Part shown: positions 54,906-62,721 of the stretch, in pieces
How positions within the stretch are numbered: position 1 is the first letter of the stretch
Layout of the letters: the number at the start of each line of letters is the position of its first letter
Sequence record: OR192075.1
Source: Escherichia phage MIZ6
Length of the DNA stretch: 64,000 nucleotides
Strand: one strand, 5' to 3'
Program-made: the position numbers and the translations under genes
Notes under the pieces: model-generated
What the model saw: only the letters and a program-made list of their open reading frames with translations
Database searches by the model: none
Told to the model about the DNA's origin: nothing

Positions 54906-55336
54906 TATCCCTTCCTCAAATAAGTTCGTTCAATCTCTACCAGTTCGAAAAATTCTTGCCAATCACACGGAAAGTTACAGTTTCCAAAATGGTCTTCGTT
55001 ATAGAGTTCTTTACCGGATGGCAACTTAATATCTGTTACAGTATACCAACCGCAACAATCGCAATCACCCTCAGCAACAGAAACCTTCGTAGGAATTTGC
55101 ATCATTGCCAGATAGGTTGGCACGTCAGACTGTTCAAAGATCATGTAACCTTCATGGTCAAACGAGACAAAATTGTCATCACCCAAAAAAGGAATGTAAT
55201 GGTCATAATCGGTTACATGTTGACCGTGTAATTCCCATTCTACAATTTTAACATTACCACTAAACTTTATACCCATAATTTCAACAAGAAAATGAGTATC
55301 GTCAATGTAAATCTTACTAGGGGTTGGATAAACCAT
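54905..55336 (-). CDS. Hypothetical protein (143 aa)
   Basis: Track ORF; Cys cluster DCDCCGW. Confidence 0.4.
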   Translation of the reverse strand: MVYPTPSKIYIDDTHFLVEIMGIKFSGNVKIVEWELHGQHVTDYDHYIPFLGDDNFVSFDHEGYMIFEQSDVPTYLAMMQIPTKVSVAEGDCDCCGWYTVTDIKLPSGKELYNEDHFGNCNFPCDWQEFFELVEIERTYLRKG

Positions 55337-55346
55337 TATATAATCC

Positions 55347-55643
55347 TCATATCTCAGAGAATAGAATCTCTGTTAGCTTCACTGACTGCTCTCTGAATGT
55401 TAGCGTATACTCGAAAGGAAAGTCAACACCCAACTTCAAAAGAGAATAGCCTACCGCCTCTTTATGCTTATCGGTTATGGCGATCCTAACCAATTCCCGT
55501 TGAATCTCTTTAGGCGGTGAATGGATAGTAACACGGGTATCATGTAATGTCCAATCACCATTTCGAATTAAGATTAACGGTTTATCATCATTGAAGATCA
55601 CCGACCCCTTTCCGGTCGGTGAATGTTTTATATTAATCATCAA
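55347..55643 (-). CDS. Hypothetical protein (98 aa)
   Basis: Track ORF. Confidence 0.4.
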   Translation of the reverse strand: MMINIKHSPTGKGSVIFNDDKPLILIRNGDWTLHDTRVTIHSPPKEIQRELVRIAITDKHKEAVGYSLLKLGVDFPFEYTLTFREQSVKLTEILFSEI

Positions 55644-55854
55644 ATTCTAAGAAATATTCTGGAACGATATAACCGTTAAAGTCATTGCACTTATAAAAAT
55701 GTGGTGCATTTAATGCTGGATGAGCATTAGTAAAGAGTTTACCCTCTAGAAACAGAATGTAATTAATCGGTCTAATACCGACAGAATCAGGATCTAAACC
55801 TTTTTCTTTCAGTTCAGCCAGCGTTAAAACTCGTCCAGATCGTAACTTAGCCAT
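55633..55854 (-). CDS. Hypothetical protein (73 aa)
   Basis: Track ORF. Confidence 0.35.
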   Translation of the reverse strand: MAKLRSGRVLTLAELKEKGLDPDSVGIRPINYILFLEGKLFTNAHPALNAPHFYKCNDFNGYIVPEYFLEFDD

Positions 55855-56140
55855 GATTTACCCCAAATTCATCAAGATTATGTCGCAGCATTTCAGAGTA
55901 TTTTTCTACTTCCTTAATCTTAGTGTGGATCTCCACGATCTCATCTTCACTATCAGAAAGTTTAATGGCAATTGCTAGCGTGCTTTTACCAGCTTTCATA
56001 GTCTCTTTACGTTCAACCAATAGATCCGCGTGTTTCAATAGTAATTCTTCACGTTGAACATAAGCGACGGTCAAAGCATCATCAGCGATTTCTAAAGCAT
56101 TTTCAGCGACACCAACAACCATTTTACGAGTAGACAGCAT
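55847..56140 (-). CDS. Hypothetical protein (97 aa)
   Basis: Track ORF. Confidence 0.4.
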   Translation of the reverse strand: MLSTRKMVVGVAENALEIADDALTVAYVQREELLLKHADLLVERKETMKAGKSTLAIAIKLSDSEDEIVEIHTKIKEVEKYSEMLRHNLDEFGVNHG

Positions 56141-56154
56141 AAATTCACCTCACA

Positions 56155-56463
56155 TTATTTCACGTTAACGCCGTCATCAATCCAGCCGACGCTATTTGGT
56201 TTAACAGTTTTACCATAGGATGCATACTTAATCAAGCATGGTTTAACATCATTATCAAATCTTCCTAAACGTACTCCCAAATCAGGAATATCCATGTATG
56301 CGGCTTTATACCCCCATGTGCCGTATTCAGAATCAATCTCAACCGGACGGCCTTTAAAAGCATACACTACACCGTGACGGTCAACGATAACATAGCGATA
56401 ACCAGCCGGAAGATACACAGTTTCGCCGTAAACTTTAACTGGAGTAGCAGAAGAGATAAACAT
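56155..56463 (-). CDS. Hypothetical protein (~102 aa)
   Basis: Start moved to ATG (MFISSATPV) after GAGGATTATATT. Confidence 0.4.
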   Translation of the reverse strand: MFISSATPVKVYGETVYLPAGYRYVIVDRHGVVYAFKGRPVEIDSEYGTWGYKAAYMDIPDLGVRLGRFDNDVKPCLIKYASYGKTVKPNSVGWIDDGVNVK

Positions 56464-56532
56464 AATATAATCCTCACATCGTTCATTTGATGCGGTCATT
56501 ATATGATAACCGCATTTTCATGTCAACAGTTT

Positions 56533-56907
56533 TTAAAAATCTTCTTCCGGTTTATATCGACCGTCATCGACTGGTTTTGGACTGAATCCGGTATGTTTGC
56601 GCGGCTTCGCTTCCGGTTTCCCCGCGATCGATAGTCCAAGCCATTTAAGAAGTTTGTATGAGTAAGCGATGATCACAACCACCCACGTTAAAGGCCATAC
56701 AATAGAACAAATGGCATATGCTCCGGTATCGACCTCTTTGGTGTCCTTATCGAATCTGGCATACAAGCAAATTATAAGATATGTGATCATTGCACCAGTA
56801 GGCCAAATATAAAGCACATTAACAATATCTTGTGTTGTCACGTTATCCTCCTTACATGTCTTGCAGTGCATAAAAGCATTTTTCTTCGTAGTCATAGAAA
56901 ATGTCAA
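56533..56907 (-). CDS. Hypothetical membrane protein (124 aa)
   Basis: Two hydrophobic helices. Confidence 0.4.
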   Translation of the reverse strand: MTFSMTTKKNAFMHCKTCKEDNVTTQDIVNVLYIWPTGAMITYLIICLYARFDKDTKEVDTGAYAICSIVWPLTWVVVIIAYSYKLLKWLGLSIAGKPEAKPRKHTGFSPKPVDDGRYKPEEDF

Positions 56908-57130
56908 AGTATGCTTTTTCTACATACTCACCATTGATCCAAGCGGCAGTAACAATCAGAGTGGTCCAGTTAGATCCGCTCTCAACGGTAAAGGTTTTAA
57001 TACCCAGCTTCGCTGCCAAGTCACGAGCAAACTGATCGCAACCACGGCAGGAAGTGATATTGGAAGTTTTGATTTTAAAGCCACCGCGAGTTTTAGAAAT
57101 TTCTACTTTAGCGAAAGACAGGTTGCTCAT
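56852..57130 (-). CDS. Hypothetical protein (~92 aa), family-C (shares N-terminal motif with 60162..60383)
   Basis: Start moved to ATG (MSNLSF) with SD AGGAGA; FAKVEISKTRGGFKIK resembles VKIIKSSAGFGFMRGAK. Confidence 0.4.
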   Translation of the reverse strand: MSNLSFAKVEISKTRGGFKIKTSNITSCRGCDQFARDLAAKLGIKTFTVESGSNWTTLIVTAAWINGEYVEKAYFDIFYDYEEKCFYALQDM

Positions 57131-57172
57131 TTTGATTCTCCTTAAGAAAGTGTGTTTCGTTTTGATGTGTGT

Positions 57173-57201
57173 AGTATAGGGGATCACCGATCCCCTGTCA
57201 A
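57173..57201 (-). promoter_or_regulatory. sigma70-like promoter (TTGACA-17-TATACT) with GGGGATCaccGATCCCC palindrome (two GATC) as the spacer
   Basis: Minus-strand reading of tgtcaa (57196-57201) and agtata (57173-57178). Confidence 0.4.
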
Positions 57202-57210
57202 CAACTTTTT

Positions 57211-57420
57211 TTATGATTTTAGTGAATTAACCACTACATCAAAATGATGTACAGAGTACACCTTACGAAACACATACTCATCGTGTTTAGGAATAGCGCC
57301 TAACCGCTTTATTTCGCTCGCTGACACGATAAACCGTTTATCCGGTGCATTTACCTTATATGCTTCAACAACGCACGGAAAACGCGTTTTAGCGAGTTCG
57401 GGATAGTTTTCTGACTCCAT
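57211..57420 (-). CDS. Family-B small protein (start uncertain)
   Basis: ...KRFIVSASEIKRLGAIP motif; start moved to ATG (MESENYP) to avoid overlap. Confidence 0.35.
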   Translation of the reverse strand: MESENYPELAKTRFPCVVEAYKVNAPDKRFIVSASEIKRLGAIPKHDEYVFRKVYSVHHFDVVVNSLKS

Positions 57421-57439
57421 CAGGACAATGAATACCCTG

Positions 57440-57778
57440 TTACATTGATTGTAGAATCCTGTTTTTGATTTCATCAAGTTTTCTTCTCTGTACAATTCGT
57501 GCAATCTTCCTTTCATGATTTCGTTGGTTCTTGTCTTCACAGTTTACCCATTCAACAAGATCTTTACCCAACTCGAAAGCCCATTCTCGGTCTTGCTTTA
57601 CGTTTTGTAGGTATGGACTTTCTGACACTCTACGAAGTGATGTTGTCGTAACAAGAATGATCTCAGGAATGGTCGGATGTTCTTTTCCATATACAATAGG
57701 ACGCGAGTCACTATCAATACCTTGTAAGAAGGTGTATCCTGAATCACTTAGAATCATATACTTTTTCATTTCACACAT
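57440..57778 (-). CDS. Family-B small protein
   Basis: MILSDSGYTF...IILVTTTSLRRVSE; ATG with SD GAGGAA; ATGA overlap with upstream stop. Confidence 0.4.
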   Translation of the reverse strand: MCEMKKYMILSDSGYTFLQGIDSDSRPIVYGKEHPTIPEIILVTTTSLRRVSESPYLQNVKQDREWAFELGKDLVEWVNCEDKNQRNHERKIARIVQRRKLDEIKNRILQSM

Positions 57779-58035
57779 CACAGTTTCCTCAACCAGTTAT
57801 TAAAGCGAGCAAACCATGACGCTTTTCGTGCTTCTTTTACTTTATGTGCACGAAAACCACTGAAACACCATTCATAATCATCACCGAAACATGATTCAAC
57901 AGGAACACCCGCATTTCGTAGTTCTCTGGTCTTTATCATGAATCCTTGACATAAGGGGCGACCTTCAACAATGATAGGAAGTTTAACTTTTTCCATGAAA
58001 GTATACCCAGCACGGTCAATAATTTCAATTTTCAT
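57778..58035 (-). CDS. Family-B small protein
   Basis: MKIEIIDRAGYTF...GFMIKTRELRNAGVP; SD GGAGA. Confidence 0.45.
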   Translation of the reverse strand: MKIEIIDRAGYTFMEKVKLPIIVEGRPLCQGFMIKTRELRNAGVPVESCFGDDYEWCFSGFRAHKVKEARKASWFARFNNWLRKL

Positions 58036-58280
58036 TTTACATTATCTCCATAGATCTTTCCATCAATATCAATTTCACCAGCGCGAACATCTAGGATAAG
58101 ATGCGGTAGGTGTATGCAGTTTTCCCACCCTACGCGCTTCATTTCTGAAACAGTGACGTAAGCCCACCCGTTCGCTGTAATAAAGTCTACTTCAACCTTG
58201 AGAGGAAAGCAAGACTTTTCTATGTCTTCGAATCCGATAATGTGTTTTGTCGTTGAATATGGAATATATCCGATGATCAT
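58032..58280 (-). CDS. Family-B small protein
   Basis: MIIGYIPYSTT...AYVTVSEMKRVGW; SD AAGGAGA. Confidence 0.45.
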   Translation of the reverse strand: MIIGYIPYSTTKHIIGFEDIEKSCFPLKVEVDFITANGWAYVTVSEMKRVGWENCIHLPHLILDVRAGEIDIDGKIYGDNVK

Positions 58281-58711
58281 TTTGTGATCTCCTTATACTC
58301 AACACACCATAAGCGGGTAGCCCATGATAAACGCTCATAACGCTGGCAGAAATCGGACCATAGATATTGTGTACCGTCTTGCATGGTTGAAATATGCGTT
58401 TTCTCACCTACTTTCACGAAAGAAGTATTCGATTTTGTGATCTCGACCGGAGTATATCCGAAAGCGGGTTCCAAGTCAACATCTGAACTAAATGCCAATT
58501 TAACAGAATTTGTTTTTCTGACCGCTGTCCGGTTTCCTTCTGGGTACAACACAGCAGGTTTAGCGCCTAAGCGGATAAACTCAGTATTTTTAATGAACAG
58601 AATATCATGATAACCGTCATATTCCGACACTTCCATAGTAACAGGAAAATTGATATGTGCTAAACCTGGTAGATCTCGCATATCATGAAATGTAGCCATA
58701 ATCTTTTTCAT
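58277..58711 (-). CDS. Family-B protein with C-terminal extension
   Basis: MKKIMATFHD...ILFIKNTEFIRLGAKP; start moved to ATG with SD GAGGAA. Confidence 0.45.
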   Translation of the reverse strand: MKKIMATFHDMRDLPGLAHINFPVTMEVSEYDGYHDILFIKNTEFIRLGAKPAVLYPEGNRTAVRKTNSVKLAFSSDVDLEPAFGYTPVEITKSNTSFVKVGEKTHISTMQDGTQYLWSDFCQRYERLSWATRLWCVEYKEITK

Positions 58712-58721
58712 TCTATATTCC

Positions 58722-58919
58722 TCACTCTTCTGTTTCATTTCTTTTATATGGTACTATAACAGGATTAATACAGCAAGCACCAATTACGTTATGAGCACCA
58801 CAATTTAAACATTTATAGTCATGGAACTTATTAAGGAATCGACCAAACTCATAACCGACTAGCGCCGCATGTACTTGAGTCTCGATCTCATCCATATCAG
58901 CCAATGTTTTAACCTTCAT
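58722..58919 (-). CDS. Hypothetical Cys-containing small protein (65 aa)
   Basis: ATG after GAGGATTATATT; CLNCG..GACC. Confidence 0.4.
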   Translation of the reverse strand: MKVKTLADMDEIETQVHAALVGYEFGRFLNKFHDYKCLNCGAHNVIGACCINPVIVPYKRNETEE

Positions 58920-58929
58920 AATATAATCC

Positions 58930-59220
58930 TCAAATTGTAGTTTTGCGAAGATGGTTATTACATGCTTTTAATGCATCATTCGCGGTGTCATAGCGAGTAT
59001 TATCATAGCACCAATAACCATCTGTCAACCGATAAATTAATCCATCCTTTTTAGCTTCTATGAAAGATAACTCTTTGAAAGTTTCTACTTTCTTTGCTGA
59101 TACTCCACGGTCACGGCGTTTATAGAGTTTAGCTAAAATGCGTTCAGCTTGTTCCTCTTTATCACCTGACAGATCCCAGATGATGTTTCGGATATGCTTG
59201 ATTAATTGTTCAGTGGTCAT
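58930..59220 (-). CDS. Hypothetical protein (96 aa)
   Basis: ATG with SD AAGGAGA; promoter upstream. Confidence 0.4.
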   Translation of the reverse strand: MTTEQLIKHIRNIIWDLSGDKEEQAERILAKLYKRRDRGVSAKKVETFKELSFIEAKKDGLIYRLTDGYWCYDNTRYDTANDALKACNNHLRKTTI

Positions 59221-59249
59221 CTTTGATTCTCCTTAGTTGGTATGCGTGC

Positions 59250-59277
59250 ATTATAGCATTGTGATTATCTTTGTCAA
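59250..59277 (-). promoter_or_regulatory. sigma70-like promoter (TTGACA-16-TATAAT)
   Basis: Minus-strand reading of tgtcaa (59272-59277) and attata (59250-59255). Confidence 0.4.
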
Positions 59278-59321
59278 CACCCAAAAACAAAAAAGGCTAC
59301 CCCGAAGGATAGCCCATAAAA

Positions 59322-60107
59322 TTACACGCGAGCACCGTAGATCGTGCCTACTTTATCCCAGCGAGGGGCATTACCAGTAACAGCTTTACCCGCAGCACCA
59401 CCAGAGTGAACAGTTCCTCCAGTACCACCTTTAATATATGAAGATTTGCCAGCAGCTCCCAAATCTCCACCATCTCCTCCATAATGAACCCCAGAAACAG
59501 TGCCTTTACCTGGGGCAGAAATTGTACCAGCAGATGCTGCCGCTGCGCCGCCTCCTGCCGCACCCGCAGCACCAAATGGACGGCCTCCACCGCCGCCAAA
59601 TTTCATATCCATTTGAGGGAAAGGATTGTATCTAGCACCAGCACCGCCACCACCGCCACCACCAATAATACCATTATTGTTTATTCTTAAACGAGTTCCA
59701 ATTCCGTTATTTATTGCATTTCCTCCTGCTCCACCAGCAGAGTTACTTCCGCCATTTCCTCCACGACCTAATACATGAACACCAGAGTTAATAATGAGTG
59801 TTACATATTCGTTTGTCAGTGAGCTAGGGAAATCAAGACAAGGAACGCCAGTAGATTGGGAAACAATATTACCCGTGATAGTAATTACTACCGGAGTAGA
59901 TCCTTGTGCTTTCATCCAGTTAATAAGAGTGTCTTTATTGTAAGAGTTACTAGCACCAATGCTATAATGAATCTCTTTAGAGCGTCCGACCATTGCCGAC
60001 ATATACGCCGGACGACCTAAGCGAACAGCTTGCATTGCGGCGCTCATCCACCGTTGACCAGTCTCGGACACAGCAGATGATCCTACCCATCCAGAAGATA
60101 TTGCCAT
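59322..60107 (-). CDS. 38: gp38-type tail fiber adhesin homolog (glycine-rich)
   Basis: N-terminus SGWVGSSAVSETGQRWM and NEYV..I...GV...GRGGNGGSNS plus poly-Gly motifs and C-terminal VTGNAPRW..G.IYG.RV match T2/S16-type gp38 as I recall it; SD GAGGAA. Confidence 0.7.
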   Translation of the reverse strand: MAISSGWVGSSAVSETGQRWMSAAMQAVRLGRPAYMSAMVGRSKEIHYSIGASNSYNKDTLINWMKAQGSTPVVITITGNIVSQSTGVPCLDFPSSLTNEYVTLIINSGVHVLGRGGNGGSNSAGGAGGNAINNGIGTRLRINNNGIIGGGGGGGAGARYNPFPQMDMKFGGGGGRPFGAAGAAGGGAAAASAGTISAPGKGTVSGVHYGGDGGDLGAAGKSSYIKGGTGGTVHSGGAAGKAVTGNAPRWDKVGTIYGARV

Positions 60108-60119
60108 AAAATTTCCTCA

Positions 60120-60143
60120 CAAGAAAAGCCCCAATTAAGGGGC
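60120..60143 (-). terminator. Intrinsic terminator
   Basis: Hairpin gccccaattaaggggc followed by U-run on minus-strand RNA, between upstream gene and the gp38-like gene. Confidence 0.45.
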
Positions 60144-60161
60144 ATTGATTGATAATATTAC

Positions 60162-60383
60162 TTAGATGACCTCTGCTTCACCATTCAGGAAGAAAGACCA
60201 TGTTTTGTTAGGATAGCGAAGCGCCCATGATTCAGCGGTTTTAACACCAGATTCGAACAATTGACGGCTGGTTACTTTAGCCATACCATCTTCGATGGCA
60301 ACGTTTTCAATAATCATCGGGTACTTAGCGCCACGCATGAAACCGAAGCCAGCGGAAGATTTGATAATTTTAACCGTTGCCAT
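60162..60383 (-). CDS. Hypothetical protein (73 aa), family-C
   Basis: ATG with SD AGGAGA; N-terminal motif shared with 56852..57130. Confidence 0.4.
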   Translation of the reverse strand: MATVKIIKSSAGFGFMRGAKYPMIIENVAIEDGMAKVTSRQLFESGVKTAESWALRYPNKTWSFFLNGEAEVI

Positions 60384-60424
60384 TTTTGATTCTCCTAGAA
60401 AGTGTATCTCGTTTCGATGTGTGT

Positions 60425-60453
60425 ATTATGCAATAACACCGGAACGCTGTCAA
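60425..60453 (-). promoter_or_regulatory. sigma70-like promoter (TTGACA-17-CATAAT)
   Basis: Minus-strand reading of tgtcaa (60448-60453) and attatg (60425-60430). Confidence 0.4.
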
Positions 60454-60471
60454 CACTTTCTAAGAAAAATT

Positions 60472-60756
60472 TTAAACTAATCGAATGTAGCCCAAAATTT
60501 CAGCATTTTTAGCCAGATCTAAAATTTCCCATTCAAGATCGCCGTAGTCATAATTTGCAACCATCAACTGACCATTTTTCATGCAGCAATCATGAGAGAA
60601 AATTTGCCCCGCATAAACTACGATAGTAATAAACTTTCCTGATTCTGGCGGTGTGGAAGACAAAGCGACCATATGACCATTCAGCTTAGTCACCAGTGAT
60701 GGAACAATAAAATTCGGGCTTACCTGAATACCGTTAAATTCGTTTGTGTCTTTCAT
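60472..60756 (-). CDS. Hypothetical protein (94 aa)
   Basis: Track ORF. Confidence 0.4.
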   Translation of the reverse strand: MKDTNEFNGIQVSPNFIVPSLVTKLNGHMVALSSTPPESGKFITIVVYAGQIFSHDCCMKNGQLMVANYDYGDLEWEILDLAKNAEILGYIRLV

Positions 60757-61103
60757 GCCAGACCTCGCAAAACACTAATAGCATAATCATGCTGGTTATT
60801 CATAATATCAATTGCATTGTGATAACGAGCTAAACCATCAAGGATAAATTCTTGTTTATCCTGTTTCAGTTTGGTATCACGCGCAGCCATAAGAGCATCA
60901 AGAACAGGTCCAAAGTGATTATCTAATTCATCTTCGGTTGCAATGTTTCCTATTGCCTCGTCGATCCGTGATTCTAATGCTTGCTTTTCGTTGATCACTT
61001 GCTGGGTATATTCCAACACATCAAGAATATCGCGGGTAACGTCGCCATGATAAGGTATCCCCGCATGAAGATGATCGATTAATCGCTGAATATCAATGTT
61101 CAT
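60753..61103 (-). CDS. Hypothetical protein (116 aa)
   Basis: Track ORF. Confidence 0.4.
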   Translation of the reverse strand: MNIDIQRLIDHLHAGIPYHGDVTRDILDVLEYTQQVINEKQALESRIDEAIGNIATEDELDNHFGPVLDALMAARDTKLKQDKQEFILDGLARYHNAIDIMNNQHDYAISVLRGLA

Positions 61104-61438
61104 TTGTAACCCTCCTCTGAAAGCACATCCCAGATCGTTGCGTCAAGATGCATTAAATTCCACATAATAGAGTCATAACTACCGAAGCCAGAAGTAAAAA
61201 TTACATCACACTGGCGATATGTCTTATGAAAATCGGTGGCTGTCTCTGCATCAATCGGCATATCGTCACCGGAAAGCACCAGACATTTAAGAATCATAAC
61301 TCTGTTAGCCGTTGGCGCTTGCTTAGTCTTTTCAGCATATTTTTCGATGATCCGTTTTGCCTTTTCTTCTTTGATACGTCCAGACCAAATCCGGTTTCGG
61401 TATTGATTCATAATAATTTCAATCACATCATTTTGCAT
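61100..61438 (-). CDS. Hypothetical protein (112 aa)
   Basis: Track ORF. Confidence 0.4.
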   Translation of the reverse strand: MQNDVIEIIMNQYRNRIWSGRIKEEKAKRIIEKYAEKTKQAPTANRVMILKCLVLSGDDMPIDAETATDFHKTYRQCDVIFTSGFGSYDSIMWNLMHLDATIWDVLSEEGYK

Positions 61439-61637
61439 TCTTCACGGTCTCCATAATTGTTTTGTAAGCCAGTTTAAGATGATCACCGAAAAACTTTGCG
61501 GTGTTACCCTTCGGATCGCGGAGCATGGTTTCTACGATCTCATCGGTAGTAACAATTTCTCCTTTCTTTGCTGCATGTTCTACCATATACTTCAAAGTTT
61601 CTTCGGAAGCAAGTGCTGCCGCTACTGGATTAATCAT
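61428..61637 (-). CDS. Hypothetical protein (69 aa)
   Basis: ATG with SD AAGGAGA; promoter upstream. Confidence 0.4.
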   Translation of the reverse strand: MINPVAAALASEETLKYMVEHAAKKGEIVTTDEIVETMLRDPKGNTAKFFGDHLKLAYKTIMETVKNAK

Positions 61638-61666
61638 TTTGATTCTCCTTTGTTGTCGATGTGTGC

Positions 61667-61695
61667 ATTATGCTATACCCTATTCCGGTTGTCAA
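61667..61695 (-). promoter_or_regulatory. sigma70-like promoter (TTGACA-17-CATAAT)
   Basis: Minus-strand reading of tgtcaa (61690-61695) and attatg (61667-61672). Confidence 0.4.
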
Positions 61696-61700
61696 CACCT

Positions 61701-61736
61701 AAAAACGAAAAAGCCACCCTTTCGGATGGCTTTTTG
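61701..61736. terminator. Bidirectional intrinsic terminator
   Basis: Hairpin agccaccctttcggatggct flanked by A5 and T5. Confidence 0.5.
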
Positions 61737-61965
61737 ATTATATTTTATTCACGTCCATTTGTATAGTAGTGTTTGAATCGACCTTTGCTAAACTAGTTAA
61801 ACATAGTAACCAATTCACCATCCCTTTCCAATGATAACACTTCCTCGTCTTAGACGGGTCTTCTGATTCGGCAGTAATTGAACACGCGAAAGTATGAGGA
61901 AGCCAAATAGTTGTGTTGATGCTAGTATTCTTTTACTTCTGGTATGTATCCCAATGTGACTAACA

Positions 61966-62364
61966 TTAAGCCAATCGAGTGAGTTTATAAATTGTTTTAA
62001 AGCATAGAGCTTTGATATCGTCTAAAACGCTCTGTAACGAGCTATCAACATCATTATAAATCTCACTAGCCATTTGCGTTAACTCTTGCAAATAGGCAAT
62101 TTCGCTCATCTCCTTGCGGACGACCAACGTTGGCCGATAACGACCAGTGATCCCAATATTGGTTTCAGTGAAATCATCAACCAATTCTTGCATTTCAAGA
62201 TAGAACTCTTCTAGAGCCTTATGTTTTGCATAAGATCCAGGACCAGTTACCCCAAAATGCGCAGAATGCATATAAGTAACACTCATCAGACATTCACCGA
62301 TAAAGCGGTCAACTTTATTATCTTTTCCATCTTCGGACGTCTTTCGAAAATCACTGAATTTCAT
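61966..62364 (-). CDS. Putative ferritin-like / Dps-like protein (~132 aa)
   Basis: Start moved to ATG (MKFSDF) with SD GGAGA; H..H..V.G......H..LEE......D..TE pattern loosely resembles a Dps ferroxidase helix pair. Confidence 0.3.
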   Translation of the reverse strand: MKFSDFRKTSEDGKDNKVDRFIGECLMSVTYMHSAHFGVTGPGSYAKHKALEEFYLEMQELVDDFTETNIGITGRYRPTLVVRKEMSEIAYLQELTQMASEIYNDVDSSLQSVLDDIKALCFKTIYKLTRLA

Positions 62365-62653
62365 GTTCTCGATTCTCCATATTATGCAACATAACAAACT
62401 GTTGTGCGGCATATTCCCCCATAATAAAACACTGCTTAGAATCCATACATTTACTACGAGCATACATCTTCATAATATGGGCATGAAATTTCTGGCTGGT
62501 TTCAATGGAAGGAGATATTTTGTTTACATATACTATCATTGCACCGTCGAAATAATCAGTAAAGTCACCAGTTGGATCATATTGATCAGCACTGACACTT
62601 CCGACCGCAGTCAAGCATATTGCCGCTGTTAGAGTTTTACGAATAAATGACAT
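62351..62653 (-). CDS. Small secreted protein (100 aa)
   Basis: Signal peptide MSFIRKTLTAAICLTAVGSVSA; SD GGGGGA lies in the 3' arm of an upstream hairpin. Confidence 0.4.
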   Translation of the reverse strand: MSFIRKTLTAAICLTAVGSVSADQYDPTGDFTDYFDGAMIVYVNKISPSIETSQKFHAHIMKMYARSKCMDSKQCFIMGEYAAQQFVMLHNMENREHEIQ

Positions 62654-62721
62654 AAGTCATTCCCCCAGATTAAAAATATTCAGTTATATTTATAATCTGG
62701 GGCTTTATTTATGATTAACTC

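Noticed and set aside
59348-59599. Second minus-strand ORF (59348..59599) and plus-strand ORFs (59438..59690) inside the gp38-like gene
   Set aside because: Alternate frames of the glycine-rich (GGN codon-rich) region; the full-length frame has the gp38 similarity and the SD.
8060-61700. Recurrent tgtcaac...(c/g)attat(a/g) motif pairs, considered as a possible CRISPR-like or dispersed repeat
   Set aside because: They are irregularly spaced, always intergenic, and read on the minus strand as -35 (TTGACA) and -10 (TATAAT) hexamers with 16-17 bp spacing; annotated as promoters instead.
61741-61800. Possible tRNA in the 61.7-62.0 kb non-coding stretch (T-loop-like GTTTGAATC)
   Set aside because: No complementary T-stem, acceptor stem or anticodon arm could be built around it by eye.
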